From: Escherichia coli O157 typing phage 4
Reading direction: 5' to 3' (one strand)
Sequence record: KP869102
Length of the DNA stretch: 64,000 bases
Positions within the stretch are counted from its first letter, which is position 1; every line of letters begins with the position of its first letter. Of the stretch, positions 37,959-47,199 are shown piece after piece. The translations under genes and the position numbers were made by a program. The notes below the pieces were generated by a model. The model saw only the letters and a program-made list of their open reading frames with translations. It did not search any database and had not been told where the DNA came from.

Positions 37959-38747
37959 ATGGGTCGAGCTAAAGAAACAAAACGCATGCGTGATGAAGCT
38001 AGAGAGGCTCGCAAATCTGATCGCCTGCGTAAGGCTGCTGAGAAATTTGCTGACGAAAGAGAGCACACCGCTCCAGCTCTCCGACCAATGAATAAGAAGC
38101 AGCAAAAGTATCTTGATTATCTAGGGTCACGTAAGATTATCATTGTAAACGGTGTGTTTGGATCTGGTAAGACATTCATGGCATCTGCCTATGCAGGTGA
38201 TCTTCTGCGTAAGAACGAGATTGATAAGATCATTGTTGCACGTCCTTACGTTCAGACAGGAAAGACTTCAGGATTTAAACCTGGAAATGCAATGCAGAAA
38301 CTGTGGCCCTATCTTCGAAGCATGATGGACACGATTTGTCGTCGTGTTGGCAAAGGTGCTTTTGCCGCAATGCTGGGAGACGGTCAGAACAGCCGTATCG
38401 AGATTTGTGAGGTTGAAAGCATTCGTGGTCGTAGTTTCGATGAGCGATGCTTTGTCCTGATTGACGAGGCACAGCAAACTAACCCTGAAGAAATGTTGTC
38501 AATTATCACAAGGATCTCTGATCAGGCCACCCTTGTAATTATGGGCGATAATAGCCAACGTGACATCCCTGGTAAATCTGGCCTTGCATGGGTGACGGAT
38601 TTCTTTACTCGTCATCCAGATCCTGAGGTTGGAATGATCAGCTTTGATAGTCCAGACGATGTTGTTCGTTCCGGGTTGGGTCGTCAGATTGCACTCAATC
38701 TTATTGAGGATCGTGCAAATCATATTTGGACCCCTGTTTCCGAGTAA
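37959..38747 (+). CDS. phoH: PhoH-like ATPase
   Basis: Walker A GVFGSGKTF and Walker B VLIDEAQ in 262-aa protein. Confidence 0.8.
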   Translation: MGRAKETKRMRDEAREARKSDRLRKAAEKFADEREHTAPALRPMNKKQQKYLDYLGSRKIIIVNGVFGSGKTFMASAYAGDLLRKNEIDKIIVARPYVQTGKTSGFKPGNAMQKLWPYLRSMMDTICRRVGKGAFAAMLGDGQNSRIEICEVESIRGRSFDERCFVLIDEAQQTNPEEMLSIITRISDQATLVIMGDNSQRDIPGKSGLAWVTDFFTRHPDPEVGMISFDSPDDVVRSGLGRQIALNLIEDRANHIWTPVSE

Positions 38748-38791
38748 TACAGAAGGGTGGTTATTCCACCCTTAGATATCTAAAACAGTTG

Positions 38792-38820
38792 TTGACAAAC
38801 AGGTAAGATTTAGATATTAT
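38792..38820 (+). promoter_or_regulatory. sigma70-like promoter
   Basis: TTGACA - 17 nt - TATTAT upstream of gene at 38851. Confidence 0.55.
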
Positions 38821-38850
38821 TACCGGACAAGACAAGGAGAAGGAGATAGT

Positions 38851-39162
38851 ATGGCTACAATACAAGAGAGACTGAATAAAATATACTGCCTGTTTGTCTA
38901 TAACGGCGAGACAATTTTGGCAAATAAAGGATCCAAGAATGTGTGGATCAAGGACAGGGGTGGTAATATAATCAACTTAGCGTTGCTACGTGAGCGCCGA
39001 CACAGATTCTTTATCGAGTCTCGGATTATTGAAAGCAGCACCTGCTACAGAACAGGCGATAAAGTAATTGTTGACAATGATACGTGGTATGTGGTAGACT
39101 GGCAATCATTGAGCTGTGATGCTTCTGACAATCGTAAGTATTCCCTAGTGATTGCTAAATAA
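38851..39162 (+). CDS. hypothetical protein
   Basis: 103-aa ORF with GGAGAAGGAG RBS. Confidence 0.45.
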   Translation: MATIQERLNKIYCLFVYNGETILANKGSKNVWIKDRGGNIINLALLRERRHRFFIESRIIESSTCYRTGDKVIVDNDTWYVVDWQSLSCDASDNRKYSLVIAK

Positions 39163-39222
39163 AGGTAAATGTGAATCAGGTTTAAATAAATAGCTTTCAA
39201 CTTCCAATATTAAGGATTTCTC

Positions 39223-40272
39223 ATGAATTTAACACCTCGCAGCACCATGGTACACGGCATGAAAGAAAAACAGAACGGTTTCGAACCTATGAGTAATAAA
39301 ATGTTTGGTATGCCGGGTGGTATTATGGAAACATACAGCTACCCAACACCTGTTGTTGACCACGTTCTTTATATCGACGATTTGGAAGACTTACAAGATC
39401 ATATGTCTCGTCTGCAGACGATCCGTATGGCTCAGCCGGAAGAAAGCATTCGGGTGATCATCAATAGCCCTGGGGGTTGCGTGCACATTGCAATGGCTTA
39501 TCTGCAGGCATTCCGCGAGTCTCAGGCAAGCGTTGTTGCACATGCTGAAGGGATGTGCTGCTCTGCTGGAACAATCTTATGGCTTGGTTGTAAAGAACGT
39601 ACTGTGGCTCCGGACACAGAGTTTATGTTCCACTACTATCAAGGTGGCACTTATGGTAACGGTGTGAACATGAATACTCAGGTCAGCTACTGGAAAAAAC
39701 GTTTTGAACGCCTGATCGAAAAATACTACGGTGGGGTGCTGACAGAAGATGAGATCGCATCCATCACAGCTGGTGGCGAAGTGTGGTTGGACGGAGAAGA
39801 GCTGGCAGCACGCACTGGAGCTATTATTCTGGATGAAGGCAACATACAACGCATCCAGAACGGACAAAAACCGAAAAAGCTTCTGGCAAAAGGTGATGAA
39901 GAAGGCGTGTTAGGTGAAGCAGGTCTTCCGGAGATTCACCAGTGCACATCTTTAGATGAGTTAGTTCATGCTGTTGAATCTGCAAAAGCGGGTGGTTCGA
40001 AAGGTGATGTTCACACTGTGTTCCTGAATCTGCAGATGGAAAGTGGCGAGACCGTCAGAATTGCCCTGGGTGAGATTACTTCAGAAGATCTGCAGAGATT
40101 CTCTGTCGTTGAACTTCAGGATATTCTGTCTCAATTGAAGACTACTCTGAACGGCGGTGAAGAGGTTAAGGTGAAAGATAAGACGCGCAAGCGTCTGGTG
40201 GACAATATTATTAAAACAGCAAAAGAGCTCAATGAAAAAATCCTGGGTGCAGGAATTGTCGAAGAAGCTTAA
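39223..40272 (+). CDS. ClpP-like serine protease with C-terminal extension
   Basis: INSPGG and CCSAGT motifs (ClpP/S14-like) in N-terminal ~200 aa; ~150-aa acidic C-terminal extension. Confidence 0.6.
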   Translation: MNLTPRSTMVHGMKEKQNGFEPMSNKMFGMPGGIMETYSYPTPVVDHVLYIDDLEDLQDHMSRLQTIRMAQPEESIRVIINSPGGCVHIAMAYLQAFRESQASVVAHAEGMCCSAGTILWLGCKERTVAPDTEFMFHYYQGGTYGNGVNMNTQVSYWKKRFERLIEKYYGGVLTEDEIASITAGGEVWLDGEELAARTGAIILDEGNIQRIQNGQKPKKLLAKGDEEGVLGEAGLPEIHQCTSLDELVHAVESAKAGGSKGDVHTVFLNLQMESGETVRIALGEITSEDLQRFSVVELQDILSQLKTTLNGGEEVKVKDKTRKRLVDNIIKTAKELNEKILGAGIVEEA

Positions 40273-40284
40273 ACATTAATTCTA

Positions 40285-40307
40285 AAGCCCTCTTCGGAGG
40301 GCTTTTA
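40285..40307 (+). terminator. rho-independent terminator
   Basis: AAGCCCTC-TTCG-GAGGGCTT hairpin followed by TTT. Confidence 0.7.
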
Positions 40308-40323
40308 TGATCTGGAGATTTGC

Positions 40324-40857
40324 ATGACTTGTGCTAGAAAACCTGATGAACAACGTAACGCCTACGATGAGTATGTGACACCGGAGTGGTGTGCAGAAGG
40401 GCTGTATGACCTTATTCCGTTCCCAGAAGACTGGACCTACTTAGAGCCTTGCAGGAATAGTGCCTCAGGTGTGTTCTACTCCCGTATGCCGTTAGGATCT
40501 GCATGGGGAGAAATCCAAGAAGGTGTTGACTATCTGAATACAGAATACAACCATGTTGACTGTATTATCACCAACCCGCCGTACAGCCTGGCTCGTGAGT
40601 TTGTGGACAAGGCGTTGAAAGATGCCGACGTAGTTATTATGCTTTTGCGTCTTAATTTTCTGGAAAGCAAGGCCAGATTTGAATGGTGGCTTGATAATGC
40701 ACCTACCACTGTGATCACAATATCTAAGCGCCCGTCATTCCAATCCAATGGTAGAACGGATGGGCAGGCATATGCATATTTTGTATGGGACAAGAAAAAC
40801 CGTCTAGACTTGCCGCCATTTATGTGGTTGGCACCACCAGAGGCAGATTTGAAATGA
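40324..40857 (+). CDS. DNA methyltransferase (NPPY-type, N6-adenine or N4-cytosine)
   Basis: IITNPPY motif; 177 aa. Confidence 0.6.
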   Translation: MTCARKPDEQRNAYDEYVTPEWCAEGLYDLIPFPEDWTYLEPCRNSASGVFYSRMPLGSAWGEIQEGVDYLNTEYNHVDCIITNPPYSLAREFVDKALKDADVVIMLLRLNFLESKARFEWWLDNAPTTVITISKRPSFQSNGRTDGQAYAYFVWDKKNRLDLPPFMWLAPPEADLK

Positions 40858-41138
40858 AAATGAGTGCTAAGGACAAGTTGCACCAGTTAGCGCTAAAACG
40901 TCCTGTAACGCTCCCTGACGAGCTTAACTCCATTTATGATGCGATTGTAGGGGAGATACAAAATAAAGCGTTAGCAGGCTTTCTGGGATGCGGATTTTCG
41001 ATAAATCTACCCTCACATCTCTCAGATTACTTCCCGCATATTGTTGGGGATTTGAGGGCAGGAGGTCTGCAGGTAGATGTTGTTGGCATCTCTCCAGAGA
41101 AAAATAACACGGTTGCCTACTTGACAGTAACCTGGTAG
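40854..41138 (+). CDS. hypothetical protein
   Basis: ATGA overlap with methyltransferase stop. Confidence 0.4.
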   Translation: MKMSAKDKLHQLALKRPVTLPDELNSIYDAIVGEIQNKALAGFLGCGFSINLPSHLSDYFPHIVGDLRAGGLQVDVVGISPEKNNTVAYLTVTW

Positions 41139-41140
41139 TT

Positions 41141-41413
41141 ATGTATTGTTGTTCTCAACAAGGGGGGTCATTTATGTACAAGTCATTTTCAATTTACTCA
41201 AGACAGGCGAAACACTACACAGAGATCCTGATTACTCAGAAAAAATCTGTAGAAGGTGAGTGGGAATATCACCATAAAATGTTGCGTCCAGATTGGGTTT
41301 TTGATAGACTTATTGCTATGATCCCTCTTGGAGAAGTATACCCTCTGACAGGTCATAGGGATGCTTGGGATTTAATTGATTACATAGATTCATTTAAGGA
41401 GCCCAGTGTATGA
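41141..41413 (+). CDS. hypothetical protein
   Basis: 90-aa ORF. Confidence 0.4.
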   Translation: MYCCSQQGGSFMYKSFSIYSRQAKHYTEILITQKKSVEGEWEYHHKMLRPDWVFDRLIAMIPLGEVYPLTGHRDAWDLIDYIDSFKEPSV

Positions 41414-41808
41414 AGATTGAGATCACTAAAGAAGGTAAGAAAGTGTCTGGAGACTATGCAACAGTAATTCGAGATTTAATGTTTGAAACCACCAAGTTCG
41501 GCACATCTAAAGTTGGTCAAACGGTGAGTGTGCAAGGTAATATCACCTCAGGAGAGAAGATAATCATCGTGATCAAAGGACAAGATCCTGTGGAAGGAAC
41601 AGTGGGCCGAGGAGGCTACCTGTGCATTTCTGAAGAACCGCGCATGCTGGTTGCTGATGACTCCACAGGTAAAAAGCGGGTATGTAACACTGACGAGGTG
41701 ATGATTATCTATCCAGTCAACCCAGATGATCCTGCAACATGGATTGTGGGGAATGAAATCTTCTCTTTAGAAGAGTTATCATTCCCAGCTCCGCGCTCTG
41801 TTCAGTAA
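41410..41808 (+). CDS. hypothetical protein (MKIEIT N-terminus)
   Basis: 132-aa ORF; N-terminus resembles other small proteins in this region. Confidence 0.45.
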   Translation: MKIEITKEGKKVSGDYATVIRDLMFETTKFGTSKVGQTVSVQGNITSGEKIIIVIKGQDPVEGTVGRGGYLCISEEPRMLVADDSTGKKRVCNTDEVMIIYPVNPDDPATWIVGNEIFSLEELSFPAPRSVQ

Positions 41809-41847
41809 TAATTTATCTTACCAGGGACGGTAGAAGTAGGAGGTAGC

Positions 41848-42081
41848 ATGAAAGTTAAATTTCTTACAGATTTAGGGTACCCTTCCTTGGTTGACTGCGT
41901 TGGTAAAATTGTGGAAGCAAAACGACTATCTGCAAACGATAATGTTGTCATGGTTAAGGGAAAAGATTTACTATCTGCAGGTGCAGAGTCTGGCAGGATC
42001 TCTCCTGACTATACGTATTACCTGTCTTTAAGTAATCTACCAGAACGAGGCGGCAAAGGCCTTGAAGTTGTGGAGGAGTGA
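41848..42081 (+). CDS. small acidic protein, KGxDLxxAGA paralog family
   Basis: MKVKFL start, VKGKDLLSAGA motif, acidic C-terminus VVEE. Confidence 0.45.
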   Translation: MKVKFLTDLGYPSLVDCVGKIVEAKRLSANDNVVMVKGKDLLSAGAESGRISPDYTYYLSLSNLPERGGKGLEVVEE

Positions 42082-42605
42082 CAGGTATGCTACTGGTTGA
42101 TTGGAAAGATTTTTATGGCGATAAAGACCCGAAAGCATTTATATATAAGCCTTGGAGATACTCAGAGAGTCAAATTGCTGCAATAAACCTTACAGCAAAG
42201 CGCCGAAAAATTATTGAAAGTAAATATAGATACGCCCAGCTAGTGGCTGGTGTTTCTCCACAGGTAGAGGGTTTTGTACTTAAACTGTACGAAAAGTTTA
42301 TGAATTACGATTTGTCATTCGTGAAGGTGGGCGAGGATTTATCCCCTGGTAACAACGTAACTCGTTGGAAAGTTTCGTGTGACAAAAAACTCCCGATCAG
42401 TATTGAGGTGTGTCGATACTGGGGGTATCATGATTGTGGATTGTATGACTACCATGATGTGGAAATAAAGCCACGCAATCATCTAAGCGACACAGAAAAA
42501 GATTACTTGAAGCATGTGATTCTTTCCATGTTTGGAGGGTATATCACAGAGAAAAATAGCGAAGACAGAGTATCCTTTCTTAACAGTTTGAACCAGGAGA
42601 TGTAA
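42078..42605 (+). CDS. hypothetical protein
   Basis: 175-aa ORF. Confidence 0.45.
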   Translation: MTGMLLVDWKDFYGDKDPKAFIYKPWRYSESQIAAINLTAKRRKIIESKYRYAQLVAGVSPQVEGFVLKLYEKFMNYDLSFVKVGEDLSPGNNVTRWKVSCDKKLPISIEVCRYWGYHDCGLYDYHDVEIKPRNHLSDTEKDYLKHVILSMFGGYITEKNSEDRVSFLNSLNQEM

Positions 42606-42606
42606 T

Positions 42607-42843
42607 ATGGCCATAGATACTGTGTTGGTTTGGTATTGCGCATTGACCTTTCTGACAATGGTTGTTTTAGCAACTCTTTGCATCATATCTTGTAGAAAAA
42701 TTAAGTTTGACGACTTTATAACTATAATCACTGCCGCACCTTTTTGGCCTGTCGTTCTCTTCATTGTTGTTATGTGCTTGGTAGATCACTGTAAAACCGT
42801 CAGAAAAATGAAGGAGGCAGATAAGAATGGTAACAGTGACTGA
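42607..42843 (+). CDS. small membrane protein (two predicted TM helices)
   Basis: Two hydrophobic stretches in 78 aa. Confidence 0.45.
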   Translation: MAIDTVLVWYCALTFLTMVVLATLCIISCRKIKFDDFITIITAAPFWPVVLFIVVMCLVDHCKTVRKMKEADKNGNSD

Positions 42844-42957
42844 AACTGTTTATACTGTTCTTAGGGAGATTGCATTCTATACAGACCTTAGTTCAGTATC
42901 TTCATGGGAAAAGAGTGTGTATTTAAAATGGTGCGTGAAATTAGAGGGGACCTTCTA

Positions 42958-43077
42958 ATGTTTCAAGCCATGTTTATTGAAATGCTCTCCGGAGTATTAC
43001 TGCTGGTAGCCATTTTGGGTGGTGCGGCACTAATGTATAATTATCTTGAAAAAGGAGACAGCAATGGTAAAAAATAA
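42958..43077 (+). CDS. small membrane peptide (39 aa)
   Basis: Hydrophobic core SGVLLLVAILGGAALM; AGAGGGGA RBS; overlaps the next call, so one of the two may be wrong. Confidence 0.3.
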   Translation: MFQAMFIEMLSGVLLLVAILGGAALMYNYLEKGDSNGKK

Positions 43078-43249
43078 ATCTTTAGAGCAGGCTGAAAACC
43101 TTCTCCACGAGCTGGTAAAGGAGTGGAAAGTTGAATACTCAGATTTTAATGCACGAGAGGGTGAAGATTATTGGCCTACGGAGCGCTCAGAGGGTGAATG
43201 GTATCAAGATTTTATAGAGTGGTTATATCAGACGTGCGATGAGGGGTGA
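43064..43249 (+). CDS. hypothetical protein
   Basis: ATG at 43064 with AAGGAG RBS (track ORF 43046..43249). Confidence 0.4.
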   Translation: MVKNKSLEQAENLLHELVKEWKVEYSDFNAREGEDYWPTERSEGEWYQDFIEWLYQTCDEG

Positions 43250-43707
43250 CGATGTTTGTTAAATATGTAAAAACGTGCCTCAACAGCCTTGGCAGAGAGC
43301 ATTGGTACACCTTGCTTGAAAAAGGAGAGATTTTAACAAAATCTGGAAAGATAACTTTGATACCTCTTGACAGTAAAGACCCGTCACTACTTGTTATAGA
43401 TGATTACGTTACAGGTGTGACGTTCGAGGTCTCTGTGGAGAGGTTAATACGCAGAGCTGGCGGCCCTTGTGATCAAAGAGAGTATGTTTTCGATTCCGTT
43501 ACAGAGAGGGATCATCCGTCTTTAATGTTCAGGATGGTAATCAGAGATATGAGGTCATCTATAGATAGGATCGTAAAGGACATTAAGGAACCTTTTAGAG
43601 TAAAAGTTAAGAAGTTTTTTGATTCTAAGATTAACATACTTGCCGTTGTGCTAGGCGTAATTCAACTTCTGTTAATTTTGCACTATTTTGAACTGTTGTC
43701 TAAGTAG
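43246..43707 (+). CDS. hypothetical protein with C-terminal TM helix
   Basis: 153 aa, C-terminal ILAVVLGVIQLLLILHYF. Confidence 0.45.
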   Translation: MTMFVKYVKTCLNSLGREHWYTLLEKGEILTKSGKITLIPLDSKDPSLLVIDDYVTGVTFEVSVERLIRRAGGPCDQREYVFDSVTERDHPSLMFRMVIRDMRSSIDRIVKDIKEPFRVKVKKFFDSKINILAVVLGVIQLLLILHYFELLSK

Positions 43708-43767
43708 TGTGCAACAAGGCACAAAGGATGTGCCATAATTAAACAAATTAAGAAAGAGGTAGAGAGA

Positions 43768-44115
43768 ATGTCAAAGATTAAATCGATATTAATGTGGGTA
43801 GCTGTTGTGGCTTTTATAGGGTACTGGGTTTGGGAAACTGAATTAAAAGATATCGGATATACCAGTCTTGAGAGCAAGGCGTGCATTGGCATAACCGATG
43901 CGTTCAGGCAAAACGCTATGGATCACGAATGTGTTGATGCAGATATAGATGAGAAACTGTCTAAGGACAAAGATTTTTACCATGGGCATGCTTTGCTTGA
44001 TAGTGGTGACACTGTAGAGTTCTGGTCGTGGTTCCGTGAAGATGGAACAATAAAAACAGCAGTAAAGATCTCTAACAAAGAGTTAATGCTGTTGCAGCAG
44101 AAGGAGGCTCAATGA
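43768..44115 (+). CDS. hypothetical protein with N-terminal TM helix
   Basis: 115 aa, AGAGG RBS. Confidence 0.45.
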   Translation: MSKIKSILMWVAVVAFIGYWVWETELKDIGYTSLESKACIGITDAFRQNAMDHECVDADIDEKLSKDKDFYHGHALLDSGDTVEFWSWFREDGTIKTAVKISNKELMLLQQKEAQ

Positions 44116-44399
44116 TCTGGATATCCTATACTGATGGCACCATGCTGTATACTGCAGGTACCCGATATGAGGTTCAGGAGGACGATAAAAAATTTATCGT
44201 AAAAACATTTGACAAGGACGACAACCTTTTGCTAGAATTGACTTACAAGGTTGGAGAGGTATCCGATATCCAATTGGATTGTGGTCATAAAGATAATCCA
44301 CTCAAAAAACCTGGAATAGGCAAGGCTTCAGAAGAACGTTTGTCTCGTATTGCAGAAAGCGTTTCTCCCCAAAAATCTAAGAAGAGGAGTAGAAAATGA
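44112..44399 (+). CDS. hypothetical protein
   Basis: 95 aa, ATGA overlap. Confidence 0.45.
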   Translation: MIWISYTDGTMLYTAGTRYEVQEDDKKFIVKTFDKDDNLLLELTYKVGEVSDIQLDCGHKDNPLKKPGIGKASEERLSRIAESVSPQKSKKRSRK

Positions 44400-44596
44400 G
44401 TGACAAAATTCTTAAATTTAATACCTACTATGAGAATGATTTGAACGATCTGTATTATATAGTGCGTAGCGAAAACCCGAATGTAGTACTGTTTTGCCGA
44501 GAACCTTTCAAAGGAGAGGAGATTGAATCTACCATGAATGTGGATCAGATTTCACACCTGCTGCTCCTTGGATCATTAAAAGAGGCTGTATTCTAA
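44396..44596 (+). CDS. hypothetical protein
   Basis: 66 aa, ATGA overlap. Confidence 0.4.
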   Translation: MSDKILKFNTYYENDLNDLYYIVRSENPNVVLFCREPFKGEEIESTMNVDQISHLLLLGSLKEAVF

Positions 44597-44615
44597 ACCA
44601 GGGTGGAGGGTTTTT

Positions 44616-44801
44616 ATGAAGCACTATTGTCTGTCTGGTAGAATGGGTGCAGATTGTGATTGGGTTTTCTTAAAACTTGTCAGTATTCGAGAGTTCATTC
44701 CAGAGGAAGAGCAAGAAAGTGAGCTGATGTCATGGATCAACCATTACGGTAACACTTTTCGGCATGTTAAGGTGGAAGAGTTGCCAAGCGAGGCTGATTG
44801 A
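44616..44801 (+). CDS. hypothetical protein
   Basis: 61 aa. Confidence 0.4.
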   Translation: MKHYCLSGRMGADCDWVFLKLVSIREFIPEEEQESELMSWINHYGNTFRHVKVEELPSEAD

Positions 44802-44803
44802 CT

Positions 44804-44893
44804 ATGATTGCATCAATATTAACGTTTATGGGTGGCGTGGCATTCGGATTCATTGTTTGCCTGTTTATAGTGATTATGTCTATGCGAGGCTGA
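44804..44893 (+). CDS. small membrane peptide (29 aa)
   Basis: Fully hydrophobic peptide filling the gap between neighbouring genes. Confidence 0.3.
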   Translation: MIASILTFMGGVAFGFIVCLFIVIMSMRG

Positions 44894-44896
44894 ATT

Positions 44897-45190
44897 ATGA
44901 AACTTTTTGAGTGGTTTAAAAAGTTTAAATATAAAGCTGTAGCCATCGTGCCGTGGTCCATTCAGTGGGTGGACGATGAGGGATTACCAATTCCAGGTGA
45001 TAAAGACACGGGATACTGGATCATGCTTGAGAACGGGTTCGGTAAACGGAAATATTCCTGCACGGATACCTCAGGAGCATCTTTTAGGAGAATTCCTGGG
45101 TATAAATGTATGATTGTGTGGAAGATGTCTGGTGTACCTCCGGCCAATGCACAATATCTTACTACCAATCCAACCACAGAAGAGGACTAA
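44897..45190 (+). CDS. hypothetical protein
   Basis: 97 aa. Confidence 0.4.
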   Translation: MKLFEWFKKFKYKAVAIVPWSIQWVDDEGLPIPGDKDTGYWIMLENGFGKRKYSCTDTSGASFRRIPGYKCMIVWKMSGVPPANAQYLTTNPTTEED

Positions 45191-45193
45191 GTA

Positions 45194-45475
45194 ATGAAAA
45201 AGATTTGCGATACAGATGTGGAGTTCAAGGTGTGTAGTAAGGAGACCTATTGGGAAGTGAGACAAAAGGTATATTTGTTTGGACTTATCCCATATTGGTC
45301 TAAATTCTACTGGGGAGCAGATGAATTAGGGAGATATGCCACCAAAGCTATGGCGCTTATAGGTATAGCTGAATATATTGCTGCTAGGGACAGGGCTGGA
45401 AAAACCTGCTACTACACTGCTGACGAGATTCGTAACAGTGTTTACGTCCCCCAACCACCTGAAGGAGACCGTTGA
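45194..45475 (+). CDS. hypothetical protein
   Basis: 93 aa. Confidence 0.4.
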   Translation: MKKICDTDVEFKVCSKETYWEVRQKVYLFGLIPYWSKFYWGADELGRYATKAMALIGIAEYIAARDRAGKTCYYTADEIRNSVYVPQPPEGDR

Positions 45476-45699
45476 TGAAAGTTAAAGTTTTAGATTCAAG
45501 CTTCTATATTGGTCAGGAGCCTTTAGTGGGTAAAGTGTTTACCGCTGTCCCTAACGAAGATTATCCTGATCTTTTAAAAATAAAGGGCGCAGATCTTATT
45601 GCCGCTGGTGCATCTCAGGACTGCTTTGACAGCCAGTGGACCTACAACTTTGCCCTAGGTGAGGATGTAGAGATAGTGGAGGATGATCATGAAGGTTAA
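45472..45699 (+). CDS. small acidic protein, KGxDLxxAGA paralog family
   Basis: MKVKVLD start, IKGADLIAAGA motif, acidic tail. Confidence 0.45.
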   Translation: MMKVKVLDSSFYIGQEPLVGKVFTAVPNEDYPDLLKIKGADLIAAGASQDCFDSQWTYNFALGEDVEIVEDDHEG

Positions 45700-45943
45700 A
45701 ATTCTTGACTCTAACGTCTACTTGGGGCAATCCTTCCTGAAAGGAAAGGTCATCCCTGCGGTATACTTTGAAGGGTTGCCGTGGGATGATCCTGTGCGGC
45801 AACATCACAGTTATGTAGGCCACAACGTGGTGTTTATCTTAGGATCAGACCTGATCACCGCTGGTGCACCTGAATATTATTTCGGGGAAGAGTCCTATTA
45901 TGCCTTTGGGGTAGGGTCAGATGCAGATATTGTAGAGCTGTGA
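45689..45943 (+). CDS. small acidic protein, KGxDLxxAGA paralog family
   Basis: MKVKILD start, GSDLITAGA motif; start chosen at ATG 45689 after GGAGGA RBS. Confidence 0.45.
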   Translation: MKVKILDSNVYLGQSFLKGKVIPAVYFEGLPWDDPVRQHHSYVGHNVVFILGSDLITAGAPEYYFGEESYYAFGVGSDADIVEL

Positions 45944-45955
45944 TGGGTAACCGTT

Positions 45956-46354
45956 GTGAAAAATAAACTGTTCAAAGTTACAATGAAAATTCGCGGAGCT
46001 TGGAGCGTAAAGCAAGGGCGTATCCCAGAATTTGAGAAAGATTTCTACGTAGTCTCCACCTCGGAGGAGGCTGCATGCTGGCAGGCTGGCTATGCCTATG
46101 CAAGAACCTGGTACGAAGGATACCAGACTGGGGGCTATGACGGAGAAATTATCAGCAAGGGTGTAGAAGAAATTAATGTGTTGACAAGTGAAAAAGTTTT
46201 TGTTATAGTGCATCCAGATTCCAGAGTGAAGCATTACTGGAATGCCAGAACAAAAACTTGGACACCGTTTGCAGATTCTGCTACGCCACTTTTAAACCAG
46301 AAAGCTCTTGACTCTGCCCCAAGTTATGGGGTTGTTGAAGAAAAGCTAAACTGA
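45956..46354 (+). CDS. hypothetical protein (paralog of 48165..48560)
   Basis: Shares HPxS...YW...WTP segment with 48165 gene; apparent GTG start. Confidence 0.45.
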   Translation: MKNKLFKVTMKIRGAWSVKQGRIPEFEKDFYVVSTSEEAACWQAGYAYARTWYEGYQTGGYDGEIISKGVEEINVLTSEKVFVIVHPDSRVKHYWNARTKTWTPFADSATPLLNQKALDSAPSYGVVEEKLN

Positions 46355-46371
46355 AACAGTGAGGTGTCACC

Positions 46372-46662
46372 ATGATGGATTTAATTCTAAATATTGATAA
46401 CGCAGAAGAATTTAAAGACGATGGTGTAACAAGCATGGGCAAACCATGCTCTGCTAAGGTTGACTCAAAATGGACCTACAAGTTTGACGGAGAGATCTTC
46501 GCAAATGATGAGAAGGTTGTAGATGCTGCAGCCATTTTAAACGCTCTAGGGTACGACCCTGTGAATTCTTTGATCAAGGATCCTGTTGAGTTTGCAGAGT
46601 ATGTTCGAAAAATGGCAGATCTTGCTGTGGATATTTTAAAAACTATCGACAACAAGCTGTAA
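46372..46662 (+). CDS. hypothetical protein
   Basis: 96 aa. Confidence 0.45.
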   Translation: MMDLILNIDNAEEFKDDGVTSMGKPCSAKVDSKWTYKFDGEIFANDEKVVDAAAILNALGYDPVNSLIKDPVEFAEYVRKMADLAVDILKTIDNKL

Positions 46663-46668
46663 AAACTG

Positions 46669-46697
46669 TTGACACAACGCTTCAGATTTAGTATCAT
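46669..46697 (+). promoter_or_regulatory. sigma70-like promoter
   Basis: TTGACA - 17 nt - TATCAT upstream of hpf-like gene. Confidence 0.55.
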
Positions 46698-46744
46698 TGT
46701 TTTCAAAGAGGGTTTGGTTCCCTCTTCTTTAAAAGGAACATGTT

Positions 46745-47062
46745 GTGCAAATTGAAATCACTGGCAACGTAGAGATCACTGAAGGTATGGTGTCTTTCAT
46801 TTCCCACAAAATGTCTAAGCTGGAGCGTTTGCACCCCTCTGCCAACTATGCACGTGTGAGTGTAAAAGTTGAAAATGATCACCAGGAAGTCATGGCGTTC
46901 ATTTTTGACACTTCCGGAAAAGAAGTTATTGCCAAAGCTAAAGGCAGTAACGCTTACGAGGCAACTGACCGTATGGTAGATGTTGCAGCACGTCAGTTGG
47001 CTAAATGCGGTGGAAAGAAAGGTAAAGGGAAAGGCAAAGTAAAGATTGACTTTGGAGAATGA
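46745..47062 (+). CDS. hpf: ribosome hibernation promoting factor homolog (HPF/RaiA/YfiA family)
   Basis: N-terminal MQIEITGNVEITEGM and overall pattern match the HPF fold family; Lys/Gly-rich C-terminus; GTG start. Confidence 0.6.
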   Translation: MQIEITGNVEITEGMVSFISHKMSKLERLHPSANYARVSVKVENDHQEVMAFIFDTSGKEVIAKAKGSNAYEATDRMVDVAARQLAKCGGKKGKGKGKVKIDFGE

Positions 47063-47071
47063 GGTGCTACA

Positions 47072-47173
47072 ATGGGCGTGATTAAGAAATTAGTCCCAAA
47101 TGTAGAGATTGCATGCTTTGAAATTATGTTTGCAATCGCAGTTGTAGTTAATGTGTTAGGTTACGGCTATTAA
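47072..47173 (+). CDS. small membrane peptide (33 aa)
   Basis: GAGGTG RBS, hydrophobic core FEIMFAIAVVVNVLG. Confidence 0.3.
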   Translation: MGVIKKLVPNVEIACFEIMFAIAVVVNVLGYGY

Positions 47174-47199
47174 TATCAAATAATTGAGGAGACCTCTAA

